DNA of 63,596 bases, the filler included, from Basidiobolus ranarum (Eukaryota), in assembly GCA_040143965.1 (NCBI GenBank). It is 7 parts of 7 records of this genome, joined end to end, with 100 filler letters (N's around TTAATTAATTAA, not from the genome) between each part and the next. Parts side by side here need not be neighbours in the genome. Positions count along the whole stretch, not along the records: positions 45,527 to 54,513 come from JASJQH010000890.1; positions 54,614 to 63,596 come from JASJQH010000891.1; 5 more parts are not named here. One strand, given 5' to 3'. Below, piece by piece: positions 52,420 to 63,596 of the stretch. Below the pieces are notes generated by a model. That model was not told the DNA's origin, searched no databases, and worked only from the letters and a program-made list of their open reading frames with translations. A program made the position numbers and the translations under genes. The stretch's first letter is position 1. Each line of letters begins with the position of its first letter.

Positions 52420-54130
52420 AAATTCTTCCAGCTATCTGGCAGATACCCCATGATATTGTGCTACTTTGCATTACATTGTAGTGAGGTGGCATTGCTACCC
52501 ACTGGTAGGTTGGCTTATTTCCACTCCAGGCTTATATCATTACTATTGCACAATTCCTGTTTAATTAACCATGTTTGACTTATCCATATTTTCTAGCCAG
52601 TATTTCGCACCATTTGTCTCCAATTATTTGTGATCTGTAGGTATTAACTCTCATTAACCCTATTATTTTCTTGCAAATGCTACAATCTTCCAAAACATTC
52701 CAGAAATTGTCATTAGTCATCATTTATACATTCAGAAAAGTATAAATAGGAGCCATATCTTTTCAAATAAAAATCGGACTGGTTTTCAACTAACAATCAC
52801 TACTTGTGATCCCCCCTTATTTTCATCACTATTTACAAGTCCTTTGAAGAGGAAGCACAAAAAGAGACTACTGGAGACTGTTACAGGTCACTGTGTGACT
52901 AGAAAGAACCTGGCTGGCTCAAAGGTAGTACTGACAGGTAGGTCTTATATTTCCAATATTTTATAATTTTTTTTTTGGCTTTGTCTGAATAGACTAGGAA
53001 CTTCTCATATCCTTAGATAAATTACTACTAGTGCATCCTTGTTCAAGACCTTGCTGGCTGGGTTTACAGTTGTTTATGATTGGATTTACCCTTTTATCCA
53101 TTCATTCTCAAAGGACATTGAAGCCAGTATATTTTTTTGGCAGGTGCCAGCATATTATTCAACAGAAAGCTGGACATTGCATTGGGGTTTATCAGTCCTT
53201 AGACCTTTCCAGAGGCTTGATTCCCTTTAGCAAAGACCCAAAAGGCAAGAGACAGACCCATATTACAGTACATCTCAGAGTTATTCAACCATGGTTATAG
53301 CATACTTTGGACACCTCACAAAACCCTCCCTAAGAGAAATTTGAGGATTGCTATTGTAGGAAAACTGTCACAATTTTTATCCATTTGCAATTGACCATTT
53401 ACTCACCATCATAAAATTGTCAAGTTAAATTTTCTTTTAATCAATTTTTTTCAGTTTTAGGAGTGAAATTTCAATACTTTGGAAAACAATTGCACATGAT
53501 GGGCTACACTCTCAGAGAACTATATATCAACACATGTGCAAAAAATGTAACTCAAACTTTACACATTTACCACTTGGATGCTCATTTGTCACCTTTAAAA
53601 TCCCTAATTTCTTTGATGGACTTGTTCTCTGTGATAGTGCCAGATTGTGCTGTATATATCATATTGGATAAAGTATTCTAAAATTTATGAGGCACAATTT
53701 GGCACTATCCATCACCCTCTGGCATGATCAATTTCTGTCACATTTACTCTAATATATTGATCCAAGGTCCGATAAATCTTGGCACAATGGAACAAGTCCG
53801 ATATACTCTCCTGAATATTCTTATTGAGTTCTTCATACCCAATGTTTAGCTCATATCCAACACAATTTGTATCAATATCTCCATCAAAGCTCACCATTGT
53901 ATTAACATTGCTGAAGCAACATTCTTCCAGCTATCAGGCAGATAGCCTGTAATATTGTGCCACTCTGTGTTAAGTTTTTCCCAGATATCTACATGGTCAG
54001 CACCAAACTGAATGTCAGGTTGAATGTTCTTCTTCTGAAGCTACTTTCTGCATACTTGCACTGTGTTTTTCCCTTTATACCTCTATAAATACTCCTCAAC
54101 CACTTTGACAATTTTATATGTCCTTGTACC
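52420..54130. repeat. Unclassified decayed repeat family B
   Basis: Segments recur at 51115-51690, 52420-52472 (vs 53921-53972) and 21210-21320 (vs 54020-54130); CpG-poor. Confidence 0.65.
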
Positions 54131-54513
54131 CTAACAAAAATAAAATTGATTTGATCCGGATTGGATCCACCCTCTGAAATAGCAAAACCATCAGAGAACC
54201 ATCACAATATTGCTGGCTTGCATTCTGCCAGGGATTTTGATGGTGTGACGGCGGTTTCTTGATGGTATCTTAACGGTATTCATACATGTTAAAATATTGA
54301 TCCTCAAATTTGGCATGAGTTATTCAATAACCAGCAATTTTTGCAAAAATATAATTTTCAAATGGCAAATTACTGGGTTTACTGCTGTAGGAATTTGAAT
54401 TCATATGCATGCCTTTATTTAGATATTTTAGGCTTTGTATTCCAGCCATAATGAGAATCAAAAAATACAAGAATCTTGTTGTGTTTAGTCTCTACATATG
54501 CACATATTTGACT

Positions 54514-54613
54514 NNNNNNNNNNNNNNNNNNNNNNNNNNNNNNNNNNNNNNNNNNNNTTAATTAATTAANNNNNNNNNNNNNNNNNNNNNNNNNNNNNNN
54601 NNNNNNNNNNNNN
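54514..54613. other. Artificial contig linker
   Basis: N44-TTAATTAATTAA-N44. Confidence 0.99.
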
Positions 54614-57600
54614 GTGACCCACGACGCTTCCAAGTCTACTGAGGCTCACGACGCTTCCAAGTCTACCGAGACTCACGACGCTTCCAAGTCTACCGAGACT
54701 CACGATGCTTCCAAGTCTACCGAGACTCACGAAGTTTCCAAGTCTACCGAGATTCACAATACTTCCAAGTTGACTGAGACTCATCTTACTGCCAAACCTA
54801 CCGAGACTCATCATGCTTCCAAGTCTGCGGAGACTCACTACACCGCCAAGTCGACTGAGATTCCCCAAACTGCCAAATCTAATGAGACTCATGGCACTAC
54901 TAAGTCTACTCCAACTCACAAAAGTCCCAAGTCTATTGAGACACATGACGTTTCTATGTCTACCGAGACTTACGACACCTCCAAGTCTACCGAGATTCGC
55001 GACACCTCGAAGTCAACTGAGACTCGCCACATTGCCAAACCTACCGAGACTCATCATGCTTCCATGTCTGCGGGGACTCACGGTGTTTCCAAGTCTACAG
55101 TGACTCACTACACTACCAAGTCTATCCAGACTCATGATACTTCCAAGTTTACTGAGACTCATGGTACTCCTATTACAACTCAGGCTTATGGTACAAACTT
55201 GTCTACACGGCTTCATGACACTTCCAAATATTCCGAGACTTACGATACTGATAAGTCTACGGAAACTCGCAATATTTCTGAACCTACAGGGACTCAGGAC
55301 TCTTCCTGCTCTCCTGAAACTCATGACACCTTTAAGTCTGCAAAGATTCACGATACTTTCAAATCCACACCTACTCATATCTCGTCCCAATCTACCCTGA
55401 AGAAGGCCTCTTTGATGTCTACTAAGACTCACGTCACTCATAAGTCTATAGTGACTGATGGCGCTGCCAATTCGACTGAGACTTGCGATACTTCAAAGTC
55501 TTCCGAGACTCACGATTCTTCCAAGCCTACAGAGACTCTTAATGACACTTCCGTCACTTTCAGGTCTACAGGGAATAAAGGCGCTTTCAAGTCTACTGAG
55601 ACTCAGGATTCTTTTTCGTCTTCCGAGACCTACGACACTTTAACTTCAACTGAGACTCATGATAGTCTAAAGTATATTAAGACTAACGGCACTTCCAAGT
55701 CCAATGAGACGCACGACACTTCCGGATCAACTGAGGTTCAAATCTCTTCCCAGCCTACACCGAATCGTGTTTCTTTGAAGTCTACTCGTTGGACTCAGTC
55801 TCATGACACTGTCAATTATACTGAGACGCATGACACCAACAAGGTTACAGAGACTTGTGACAATGCCGGTTCAACCGAAACTTACGACACCTCCAAGTCT
55901 ACTGCAACTCACAGCGATATCAAGTCAACTAAGACTCATGACGCCTCGAAATCAGCTGAAATTCACGATACTATTAGTTCATCTGTGAAGCACGAAACTG
56001 TGAAATCAACCAAGACTTGCAGTACTCACAGTTCTATTGAGACTCATGATGCTACTGAGTGTACCGAAGTCCATGGTACTACCGAGATAATTCGAACTCA
56101 CACTGCTCTCAAATCAAGTGGTGCAACTATTAGTACTGTTACTGGAACCGTATTTAAGACTGTTACCATAGAGCAGCAGTCTGACAGTATCGTGATGTAT
56201 GAAACCGTTACTGACGAGGGACGATCTGAAATCACTGTAACTGATGATACTGTATTCCCCACAGGCTATGTCAAGACAATCACTATTTCTAATATCAATA
56301 AGGTTACAATGGCTGGATCCTCAGTTAGTGCTCTACCCTCCAATACCGTAAAACCGATCCAGTCAGATCAACCCTCGGTGACTGTTACAGAAAATATCCA
56401 GAACCCTGAAACAGTTACGGTAACTGTGAAACGGCAACCTGAAAGTACCTTCACTGTTGTTTCCATTATCCCAACTGACTCTGTCAAGACAATAACTATC
56501 TCTGATTCGACCGACAAGACAGAGTCGATTATTGTTAAGCCCACCCATAGTATTGAAGTTGTGAAACCGAGGAAATCTCTTGTTGAAACGGACACCATGA
56601 CCTATGTCAAGTATAAGACTATTACCATTGCACAACCATCAAAAATATCCTCCACTGTTGTTACAGTCTTGCCAACAGGTACTACAGAGACAATTACTGT
56701 TTCTAATACTGATGATGTTTCAGCAACATCTACTTCGATTGATGTTGTCAATCCAACCAACATTGAAAAACATTTAACTGTTACTGTTGAAGTACCATCT
56801 GGGGACTTGACAACAACTGTTACCACTATCTCAACTGGTGTTTTCGAGACAATCACTGTTTCTGACACCATCAAAGCTTCTGAGACGGAATCTGCAGCTG
56901 ATAGCATAGTCACACATACCGCAGAAGTTGAGAAACCAGAGAGCACTACCATTGCCACTGTCACCGTTTTTACTGTACTCCCTACAGACCATGTGAAGAC
57001 AATCACGCTTTCTAACCCTAATGAAGTTACAGTGACTAAAACATTCTCTGACGCCGTACCCAAGTATACCGATAGTGTTGTGAAATATGAGACCGTTACT
57101 ACCGAACGACGACCTGAGAGTTCTCTCGATAAGCCCACCCCATTCTTCAGTGAAACTGTCAAAACAATTACAGTTACTCAGACCTTCGTAATGTCAACTA
57201 ATAGTGTTGATGTTGTCAATTCAGGGAAGTCTTCTGCTACTACTGTCTTCGACACTAATACGAAATCTGTGGAACAGAAGCTTGAGACCATTTGGACTGC
57301 TGTTACTGAAGTACCCACTCTGTCTGTGACGACACAAACTGATACTAATGACTGTATACCTGTTACCGCAGTGCCTGTTACTGTTACACCTCCTCCTGTA
57401 ACCGTTACTGTGACCCCTAACAAGGTAACAGTCACCTCTACTGTCAGTGCCGCTTATGAAGGTGGTGGTTCTAAGCCCTTAGAGGCTCTTTGCGAGCCTG
57501 GTACTTACAAATGTGCAGATTCGGGAGTTTCACCTCACTTTACAGTTTGTACCAATGGTATATACGAAGAACTAAGTTGCTCTCCTGGTACAGTATGTAT

Positions 57601-57652
57601 AACCTCGGGGAACAATGTTGTGTGTGCTTGGCCGGGGAAAGGACCCATATAG
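54614..57652 (+). CDS. Large Ser/Thr-rich mucin/adhesin-like protein, 5'-truncated, with C-terminal CBM19-like chitin-binding module
   Basis: Open for 1012 codons; 9-aa THDASKSTE (27-bp) repeats, then V/T-rich repeats, then CEPGTYKCADSGVSPHFTVCTNGIYEELSCSPGTVC...C. Confidence 0.9.
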   Translation: MTHDASKSTEAHDASKSTETHDASKSTETHDASKSTETHEVSKSTEIHNTSKLTETHLTAKPTETHHASKSAETHYTAKSTEIPQTAKSNETHGTTKSTPTHKSPKSIETHDVSMSTETYDTSKSTEIRDTSKSTETRHIAKPTETHHASMSAGTHGVSKSTVTHYTTKSIQTHDTSKFTETHGTPITTQAYGTNLSTRLHDTSKYSETYDTDKSTETRNISEPTGTQDSSCSPETHDTFKSAKIHDTFKSTPTHISSQSTLKKASLMSTKTHVTHKSIVTDGAANSTETCDTSKSSETHDSSKPTETLNDTSVTFRSTGNKGAFKSTETQDSFSSSETYDTLTSTETHDSLKYIKTNGTSKSNETHDTSGSTEVQISSQPTPNRVSLKSTRWTQSHDTVNYTETHDTNKVTETCDNAGSTETYDTSKSTATHSDIKSTKTHDASKSAEIHDTISSSVKHETVKSTKTCSTHSSIETHDATECTEVHGTTEIIRTHTALKSSGATISTVTGTVFKTVTIEQQSDSIVMYETVTDEGRSEITVTDDTVFPTGYVKTITISNINKVTMAGSSVSALPSNTVKPIQSDQPSVTVTENIQNPETVTVTVKRQPESTFTVVSIIPTDSVKTITISDSTDKTESIIVKPTHSIEVVKPRKSLVETDTMTYVKYKTITIAQPSKISSTVVTVLPTGTTETITVSNTDDVSATSTSIDVVNPTNIEKHLTVTVEVPSGDLTTTVTTISTGVFETITVSDTIKASETESAADSIVTHTAEVEKPESTTIATVTVFTVLPTDHVKTITLSNPNEVTVTKTFSDAVPKYTDSVVKYETVTTERRPESSLDKPTPFFSETVKTITVTQTFVMSTNSVDVVNSGKSSATTVFDTNTKSVEQKLETIWTAVTEVPTLSVTTQTDTNDCIPVTAVPVTVTPPPVTVTVTPNKVTVTSTVSAAYEGGGSKPLEALCEPGTYKCADSGVSPHFTVCTNGIYEELSCSPGTVCITSGNNVVCAWPGKGPI

Positions 57653-57822
57653 ATGAAACTATATATTCGATTAATATTGATTGAATGTTGCTAAAACTAA
57701 TATACCATATGACATAAAATAGTATAATATAATATATACTTGCTCAGTATGCATCAATTCGAATTGAGTAATGAAATGTTTATAAAATGTAAATCCATGA
57801 GCATACCAAAATAAATGTTTAT

Positions 57823-58815
57823 TTAAAATGCCAAATCTCTACTTCTAAAGCTACAAATACAAATAAAATTCCTAAGCGTACTCGTAATAGTGACTAGGGG
57901 TGATGTTACAGTAACAGGCAATACGGTAACAAATATACAAGCACTAGTATTTAATAATGTCTTGCTATATTGAGAAGGAGCTGCTGTAACAGTAGTCACC
58001 GAGCCCTTGACATGTTCTCTCATAGTAATAGATTCATATTTCACATTTTCAGTATATCTGGATATAGCATTAGAAGCTTTCCCGTCACTGTAACTTTGTT
58101 AGCGCTAGATAGAGTAAGGGTCTTAACGTAAGGTGTGAGGAGCACTCTAGTAATAGTTAGCAAGCATTTAGGTTCTATTTATAGTGTGTTCGTTCAGTGT
58201 AGACTTCACTTTGTCGAGATCCTTTTAGTCATGGTAAATATCTGACCATATTGATACTGTCTCTGAATTCCCAAATACGTCTCACTTTACCTTCATCTTT
58301 GCCGGAAGCATTTGAAGGCTCTTGGTTGTAATTTTCGGTGACGAATTTTCCAAATACCAGTATCTTGATGTTGGCATTATGAACGTTGCATGTTTTGAGT
58401 TCGTATTTCGGACTTTATCGTTGGAGCTGCAGTTTCTGTATCAACAACATTGATTTTGTTGAAATACGTTGGGTGTTCAACGCAGGGAATATTTTATTAT
58501 AGACTTTGAGTTCATCTACTGTAGGAGCTTTGACTGTCGATGCTATTGGCGACGAAATTTGTAATTCTATCGTTAGCACGTATTTTATTCCTACTCGGTG
58601 GTAAACGCATCTTGAAAATGGATGCAAATCGAGGTGAGCGCGCAATTATACAACGTCATTTCTCCGTTTATACATTCTTTATACGAACCATCGTACCCTG
58701 ATTCGGAGCACTCAATATCATATGGACATGGCCACATGGGAGAGATGATATTTCTCCATCTAACAGCTGTTGTGTAAATTCTCGACGTATCTAGGTTTGT
58801 AGAGACAGCAATCAA
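57823..58815 (-). pseudogene. Decayed paralog with a CBM19-like module and T/V-rich segments
   Basis: CPYDIECSESGYDGSYKECINGEMTLYNCALTSIC; CIFVTVLPVTVTSPLVTIT matches CIPVTAVPVTVTPPPVTVT of the neighbouring gene; multiple stops. Confidence 0.6.
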
Positions 58816-61800
58816 AGCTGCTTATCAGGGCTTATAACGCATCTTACAATTCTGCTCTTGATGTTTCTTCACAGTTACCTTATTTTTCCGAATGTTTGAC
58901 ATTAAAGTCTATTTTCTCTGGCCAGTATATTCCGCTAATTGGGCCAGAAATACCACAAATTTGGTAGTTCACCTAAATTGTCAGTGTTGTAATGATGATC
59001 TACATCAATAATTCACTATATTCCGGAAACCGATTGGTCAACAAAATGACCTCAAATATCAGGTTCGTGTTCTGAATTTATCTAATCTATTCTTTAGAAG
59101 ACCAAACGCAAATATCTTAGTTTCCTAAATTACCAGGGGAATAGCAGTAGTCACACCTGCTCAGCTGTCAAGAGTCTACTATTTCGGATATTCACTTTTC
59201 TACGTGATCGAAAATAAATGAGCCGCCATATATAGGCGACATTGAGGGCCTTTATATGTACTGTTGATCTCAGTTTACTGTTACTCTTCTGATCCATATT
59301 TTAGACTAATTGATCACTTGCTCGTTGTATGAAGAAATAATGAGAGGGAACATTAGTGTGAACAGCTGGGATAATCGGGAATATCGGTGGCGAATATATC
59401 CTCCACCATCCACTAGTAACTATGTTCTTATCGATAGAAACCGCTTGCATGTGATTAGCATATCATTTAACTGGACTCAAGCCTTATTCGAGAGGAATTT
59501 TCGATTATTTCTAAATGAAAATGCTTTGGTGAATCAAAACAAGCATTGTCAGCTTCGCTTGAAATCCACCGTACTCTCGTTTGCATGTCACTTCAAAGCA
59601 TCCTGGTTACTAATCCAGGAACATAATCCTGATTTCCTCTAAAATATGGCTGTATACTAGAGAAGAGATGCTACAAAGCCTCTCTGAATGAATGAAATAC
59701 TAGATGTAGAAAAGCACTCTTTGTGAGGAACTTTCGTCAGAATTCCATTCCACGAACTCTCCTATCCAGATAATGATGGAAGCATTGTAAGTTGATGGTA
59801 CATGAAGTACATGTTGCAGAGCCTACACGCCACCTTTTACTTCATACTAATTGATGACGTCAGGAGATCCAATGAAATGTAGTGACCCGAAAGTCGGTTT
59901 ATGTTAAAGTGCCTCAAGTTACCAGTTTATTTTAAGCCATGCGAACTTGAATGTATCTATTTTATGTTGTATGAGCGACTGATCCAGTAGCGATATTTTA
60001 AGTAGCATCCAAAGAATCTCTTTTTTTGGTCATCCCGGATGAACCATCAGAACGTGTATTCCATAAACGTCATTGTGAGCATGAGCCAGGCCAATGATTG
60101 GTCACCCAATCACGCAATATACTATGTTAAATTGTGGCTAATTTCAGTAGGAGTTATGGTAGCTTTCAATGCTTATTGACAATTATTGGCCCTAACTTGC
60201 TGCAAACACATAATTTAGTCTAGGTCAGTTAATGTACATCTCTCGAACTCACATTGACATCAATCCAATTCCTTTGTAGTTAATATAAAATTGCCACAGC
60301 TTGACAAGCACCAGGTTGGACAGACTCAGACGTCTTATTGCACCTGTCACCTGTAGATAATTAGCGTACCAAACAAAATTCATGGAGTAGGTGGTTTTTC
60401 TTTATCACTCTATTGATTTGGAATTACATTGCCCACTAACTTTAATTTCATCAACAGCTTCATTGAGCAAATTTCACTTAAGTGTCCCTTCCCCTAATAT
60501 ATGAGGAGAACTCGGTTGAAAATAAAATCTACTTGCAGAAAAGCATCATTGTTAAGAGGTGTCCCCCTTTGCATTCAAATTCAGTTTTATCTTTCAATTG
60601 CAAATTGCATTACCGCTGGAAAAATGACTGCAAAAATTAATCACAATAAATACTACATCATTGGATGAAGTCATATAGTTTACAAATCTTTTTTCATAGG
60701 AGTGATCACTTATAGCTATTGACACTGAAACCTAATGATGCTATTGATTCAATTTTAAGCCGCTTAGGTGAACTAGTTTTGCAATAGAGATAAGAGAACG
60801 TATTCTCATGTCTGTTATTGCAATGCCCTAAATAAACACAAAGGGCTGAAAGCGTAAAATATTCTAATTTCTGCTGTTTCTTTGATATCTGATGCCATTT
60901 AGACAGTAATGTGATTACAACTCTGTAACATGGTGTATAATTGGAGTTTTTTAAGATCATGGGGGAAGTTTGCCATATCCTTTGAATCTCTACACATAGC
61001 AGTTAATATTGCAACTGGACTTGAAACACCCTAGGAGTGTGTATGAGTAGCAGCGATAGCAAAACCTAATTCAGCTACATACTAGTCTCGTTAGACATGG
61101 ATCCTGTTCCCAATGTTTCTTCACTACATAAAAAGCCTTACTAGTGGAGTATCTGTGGATAGATATGCTTCACTTCGATGCTAACTCATCAAATAACTCA
61201 ACCGCTGCATACTATAATCATTAAGATGCTCGCTGACTAAAGTGAATCGTTGCTTTAAAAATCCCATAAGTCGGAAGTTGAGGAAACCCCCTTTAGGTAT
61301 ATCGGTTCGAGATCGTTCCTTACCGGCCCTTTACTCATTTCCATAGCGAAAAATCATCAACTTATAAATGGGAATCCTTGTGGAATGGTAATGCTCTCGC
61401 CAGATTTCGTGGTGAGTATTTGGCCTAGTAGGGTCGGGCTTACACGGCATAGAGCACTTTCACTTTCCACCTACATAATTAATAGGGACGCTAACAGAGA
61501 TACGTACGGTGTTCGGAATAATTTACGTAAAAAACTTTGTGGGGTGGTGTGAATGACAACACAAATAAGGAACGAAATTCTAATGACCCAAAACCTAAAC
61601 AAGTTCACTACCAACAACAAACAACAATACCAAATTTAGGATCTAAACCCGCACTTACCATCGCCTGATCTCGAAACTCACTTGGCATTAGCGAAATCAC
61701 ATCTCTAGAAAACTTCTTATGTGAGTACTATTATTCCGATATGGAAACATGCACTAATTTGGGTCTCTTTAAACAGGTTCGGATCCCTCCGGCAAACTTC

Positions 61801-62707
61801 TGGAATAAGCGCTGATACTCATGATCGAATCTCATGAAGTGTAATTGCTTCCAAAGATGATTCTGAAGTGGGTGCACTGACCTCTTGTGTAGACTCTCAA
61901 CCAAACATCCGGGATGTACTATTAGGCAGTATTTATTATGATTTCGAGTAGATCAAATGTGATCAGAGCCACATAACTGTGATTGGCTCTAATAGCGAAT
62001 CAACTTCGAGATAGACATCGCCACCAATGATTCGGTATATTGAACTACCAAGGCCCAGATTAACGGTTAGCTTGTAGGACTGTTCCTTCAGGAGTCAATC
62101 AAGTCTCCAGGTAACCAGACACTGCTTTTATCCTCAACATATGAAACTCTTACAAGAATGATGTAAACCTACAACGATATCACCAGTATTCAGTTAGTGG
62201 TGGGCAATGAAAAGCGTATAGAAAAGTAAGTTGAGAGTAAACGGTTCATTTTTGAAATTCTGTCATTATCCCGATATTGAATACGTTAATGTGAGCTTTC
62301 GAATGAGATATCCACATGCTTTGGAAGGACATATTTAATGAGAGGGAAAAGAGTTTTGGAGGAATAGGCGGTAACCTTGTCCCACTATCTAACTGTGACT
62401 ATTTAAACTCTTTAGCCAAAGGGAGAACATGAAATCTTCTTTCTTTGGACTACACTAGATGGTATCGAAAACACTGGCCAGAATATATATGGCTACTAAC
62501 TACCTTAGAAGACTGGAGAAATTCATCAGTGAGAGATTTTGGTTTATCTATCACCCAAATCAGTGTACAACTCCGTGAACTTACCGATATGGGCTCACAC
62601 TCAACGAGGCAGTTGAGGGGGTCTGAAACTTAATGCTATTATGGTCTACAAGAAAAACGAAATTCAGTTATAAAGGCCCTAACGGTCAGGTAGAAAAGAG
62701 TTTGACT

Positions 62708-63490
62708 ATGAGATTGGCAATATCAGTTATCATATGTTGGGGGTTGACAGCAGCTGCTGCTCATCCAGGCTCAATGCTCAATACACAGCTAAATAGAAAC
62801 CTCGAGTCCACACAGCAGACATCTCAAAGTTGCATTGGTGCTATTGATGGATTAAAACAATGCATAGAACCAGGCGTATCCCCACTATGGTTCGAGTGTA
62901 AAGGCGAAATACAGCTGATTCAAACTTGCCCTATGGCTGAAGTATGCAGTATGGAAAATGAACTTCCAATATGTCATCCACCAATTCGCGACACCGTAAT
63001 GGAGTACATTGATACTGACAAGCCTACGAGTTTCTCCGAGTCTACTGACATTGAAGATTTTGTAATTCCGGCACAGAATTCGCCATGTACTGGAAATTGG
63101 CTTCGTTGCAATAACGAGGGAGTATCGAGTGCTTACGTATGGTGCCAGAATGGTGGCGTATCTTGGAATTATTGTCCAGGTGATCTTGTATGCTCCAGAG
63201 TAGGGGAACTTCCTTACTGTGTATCTCCAACGAGCATTGATCATGTCCCAGGTTCAACTGGCACAAACCCTGGACCACTACTTCAATCTTGTGAGGATGA
63301 TATGGGCAAATATCTAAAATGTGATAACATTAACGAAGCACCAAACTATCACGAATGTTGTATGGGTATTATAAAACCAGAGACATGTTACAAAGGATCT
63401 TTTTGTGGTAGCTATTATGGCCAGTTAGCTTGTTTACCCGATTCAATGCGCCCTGAAGAAAACCCAATGAAGTCACATAATCAATATTAA
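62708..63490 (+). CDS. Secreted protein with three CBM19-like Cys-rich modules, intronless
   Basis: Signal peptide MRLAISVIICWGLTAAAA; three modules with about six Cys each, two containing a GVS motif as in the 54614 gene; TATAAA near 62669. Confidence 0.82.
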   Translation: MRLAISVIICWGLTAAAAHPGSMLNTQLNRNLESTQQTSQSCIGAIDGLKQCIEPGVSPLWFECKGEIQLIQTCPMAEVCSMENELPICHPPIRDTVMEYIDTDKPTSFSESTDIEDFVIPAQNSPCTGNWLRCNNEGVSSAYVWCQNGGVSWNYCPGDLVCSRVGELPYCVSPTSIDHVPGSTGTNPGPLLQSCEDDMGKYLKCDNINEAPNYHECCMGIIKPETCYKGSFCGSYYGQLACLPDSMRPEENPMKSHNQY

Positions 63491-63596
63491 GATATAAGTT
63501 AGGTTTAAGAGAAACACAAAATAATTAGTTGAGTGGGAATGTTGAAATTAGGTAAATAGCAACTCATTATTTAGTAGTTAGTTTATTCATATTCTG
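63487..63596 (+). mobile_element. Copia pol 3' end, PPT and start of 3' LTR (family 1)
   Basis: 63540-63596 is the exact 57-bp reverse complement of 46786-46842; 63489-63539 closely matches the reverse complement of 48025-48075. Confidence 0.92.

Noticed and set aside
9016-54613. Regularly spaced (~9.1 kb) TTAATTAATTAA palindromes in N runs
   Set aside because: They are artificial six-frame-stop linkers between length-sorted contigs, not biology; ORFs ending in XXXX-LIN are artefacts
61510-62630. Possible LTR (TGTTCGG...TTTAAACA followed by GGTTCGGATCCC) and decayed Gypsy-like text; tRNA T-arm-like motif
   Set aside because: No second LTR copy, no convincing protein motifs and no cloverleaf; it does not match the LTR at 63540
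695-63490. Apparent cell-wall/chitin gene cluster (GH18, GH16, CBM19 genes, Pro-rich proteins)
   Set aside because: The genes lie on different unlinked contigs; co-occurrence across linkers is meaningless

Overview
This window is eukaryotic fungal DNA, not one contiguous locus. Seven unrelated contigs of descending length (9015, 9014, 9010, 8997, 8990, 8987 and 8983 bp) are joined by 100-bp N44-TTAATTAATTAA-N44 artificial linkers. Short GT-AG introns, a Zn2Cys6 transcription factor, a canonical ferritin, CBM19-like chitin-binding modules and a GH18-CBM5/12 chitinase point to an early-diverging fungus (Mucoromycota/Zoopagomycota, possibly Basidiobolus-like; this is inference). Contig 1: chitinase, SET-domain lysine methyltransferase, ferritin 5' end. 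Contig 2: intronless bacterial-type agmatine deiminase, Zn2Cys6 factor, CsbD-like protein. Contig 3: decayed Copia, LTRs, a 31-bp minisatellite and an orphan secreted protein. Contig 4: 2-hydroxyacid dehydrogenase, ICME-like esterase, and a GH16 glucanase with a 4-nt microexon. Contig 5: a tandem birth-and-death array of six copies of an unrecognised secreted Cys-domain/Pro-Gly-Lys-Tyr repeat family, interrupted by a frameshifted questin-oxidase-like gene. Contig 6: nested CpG-depleted transposon remains (Copia with a Ty5/copia-type half-tRNA primer site, solo LTR with TSD). Contig 7: a large S/T-repeat adhesin-like protein with a C-terminal CBM19-like module, a decayed inverted paralog, and a triple-CBM19-like gene fused directly to a Copia PPT and LTR.
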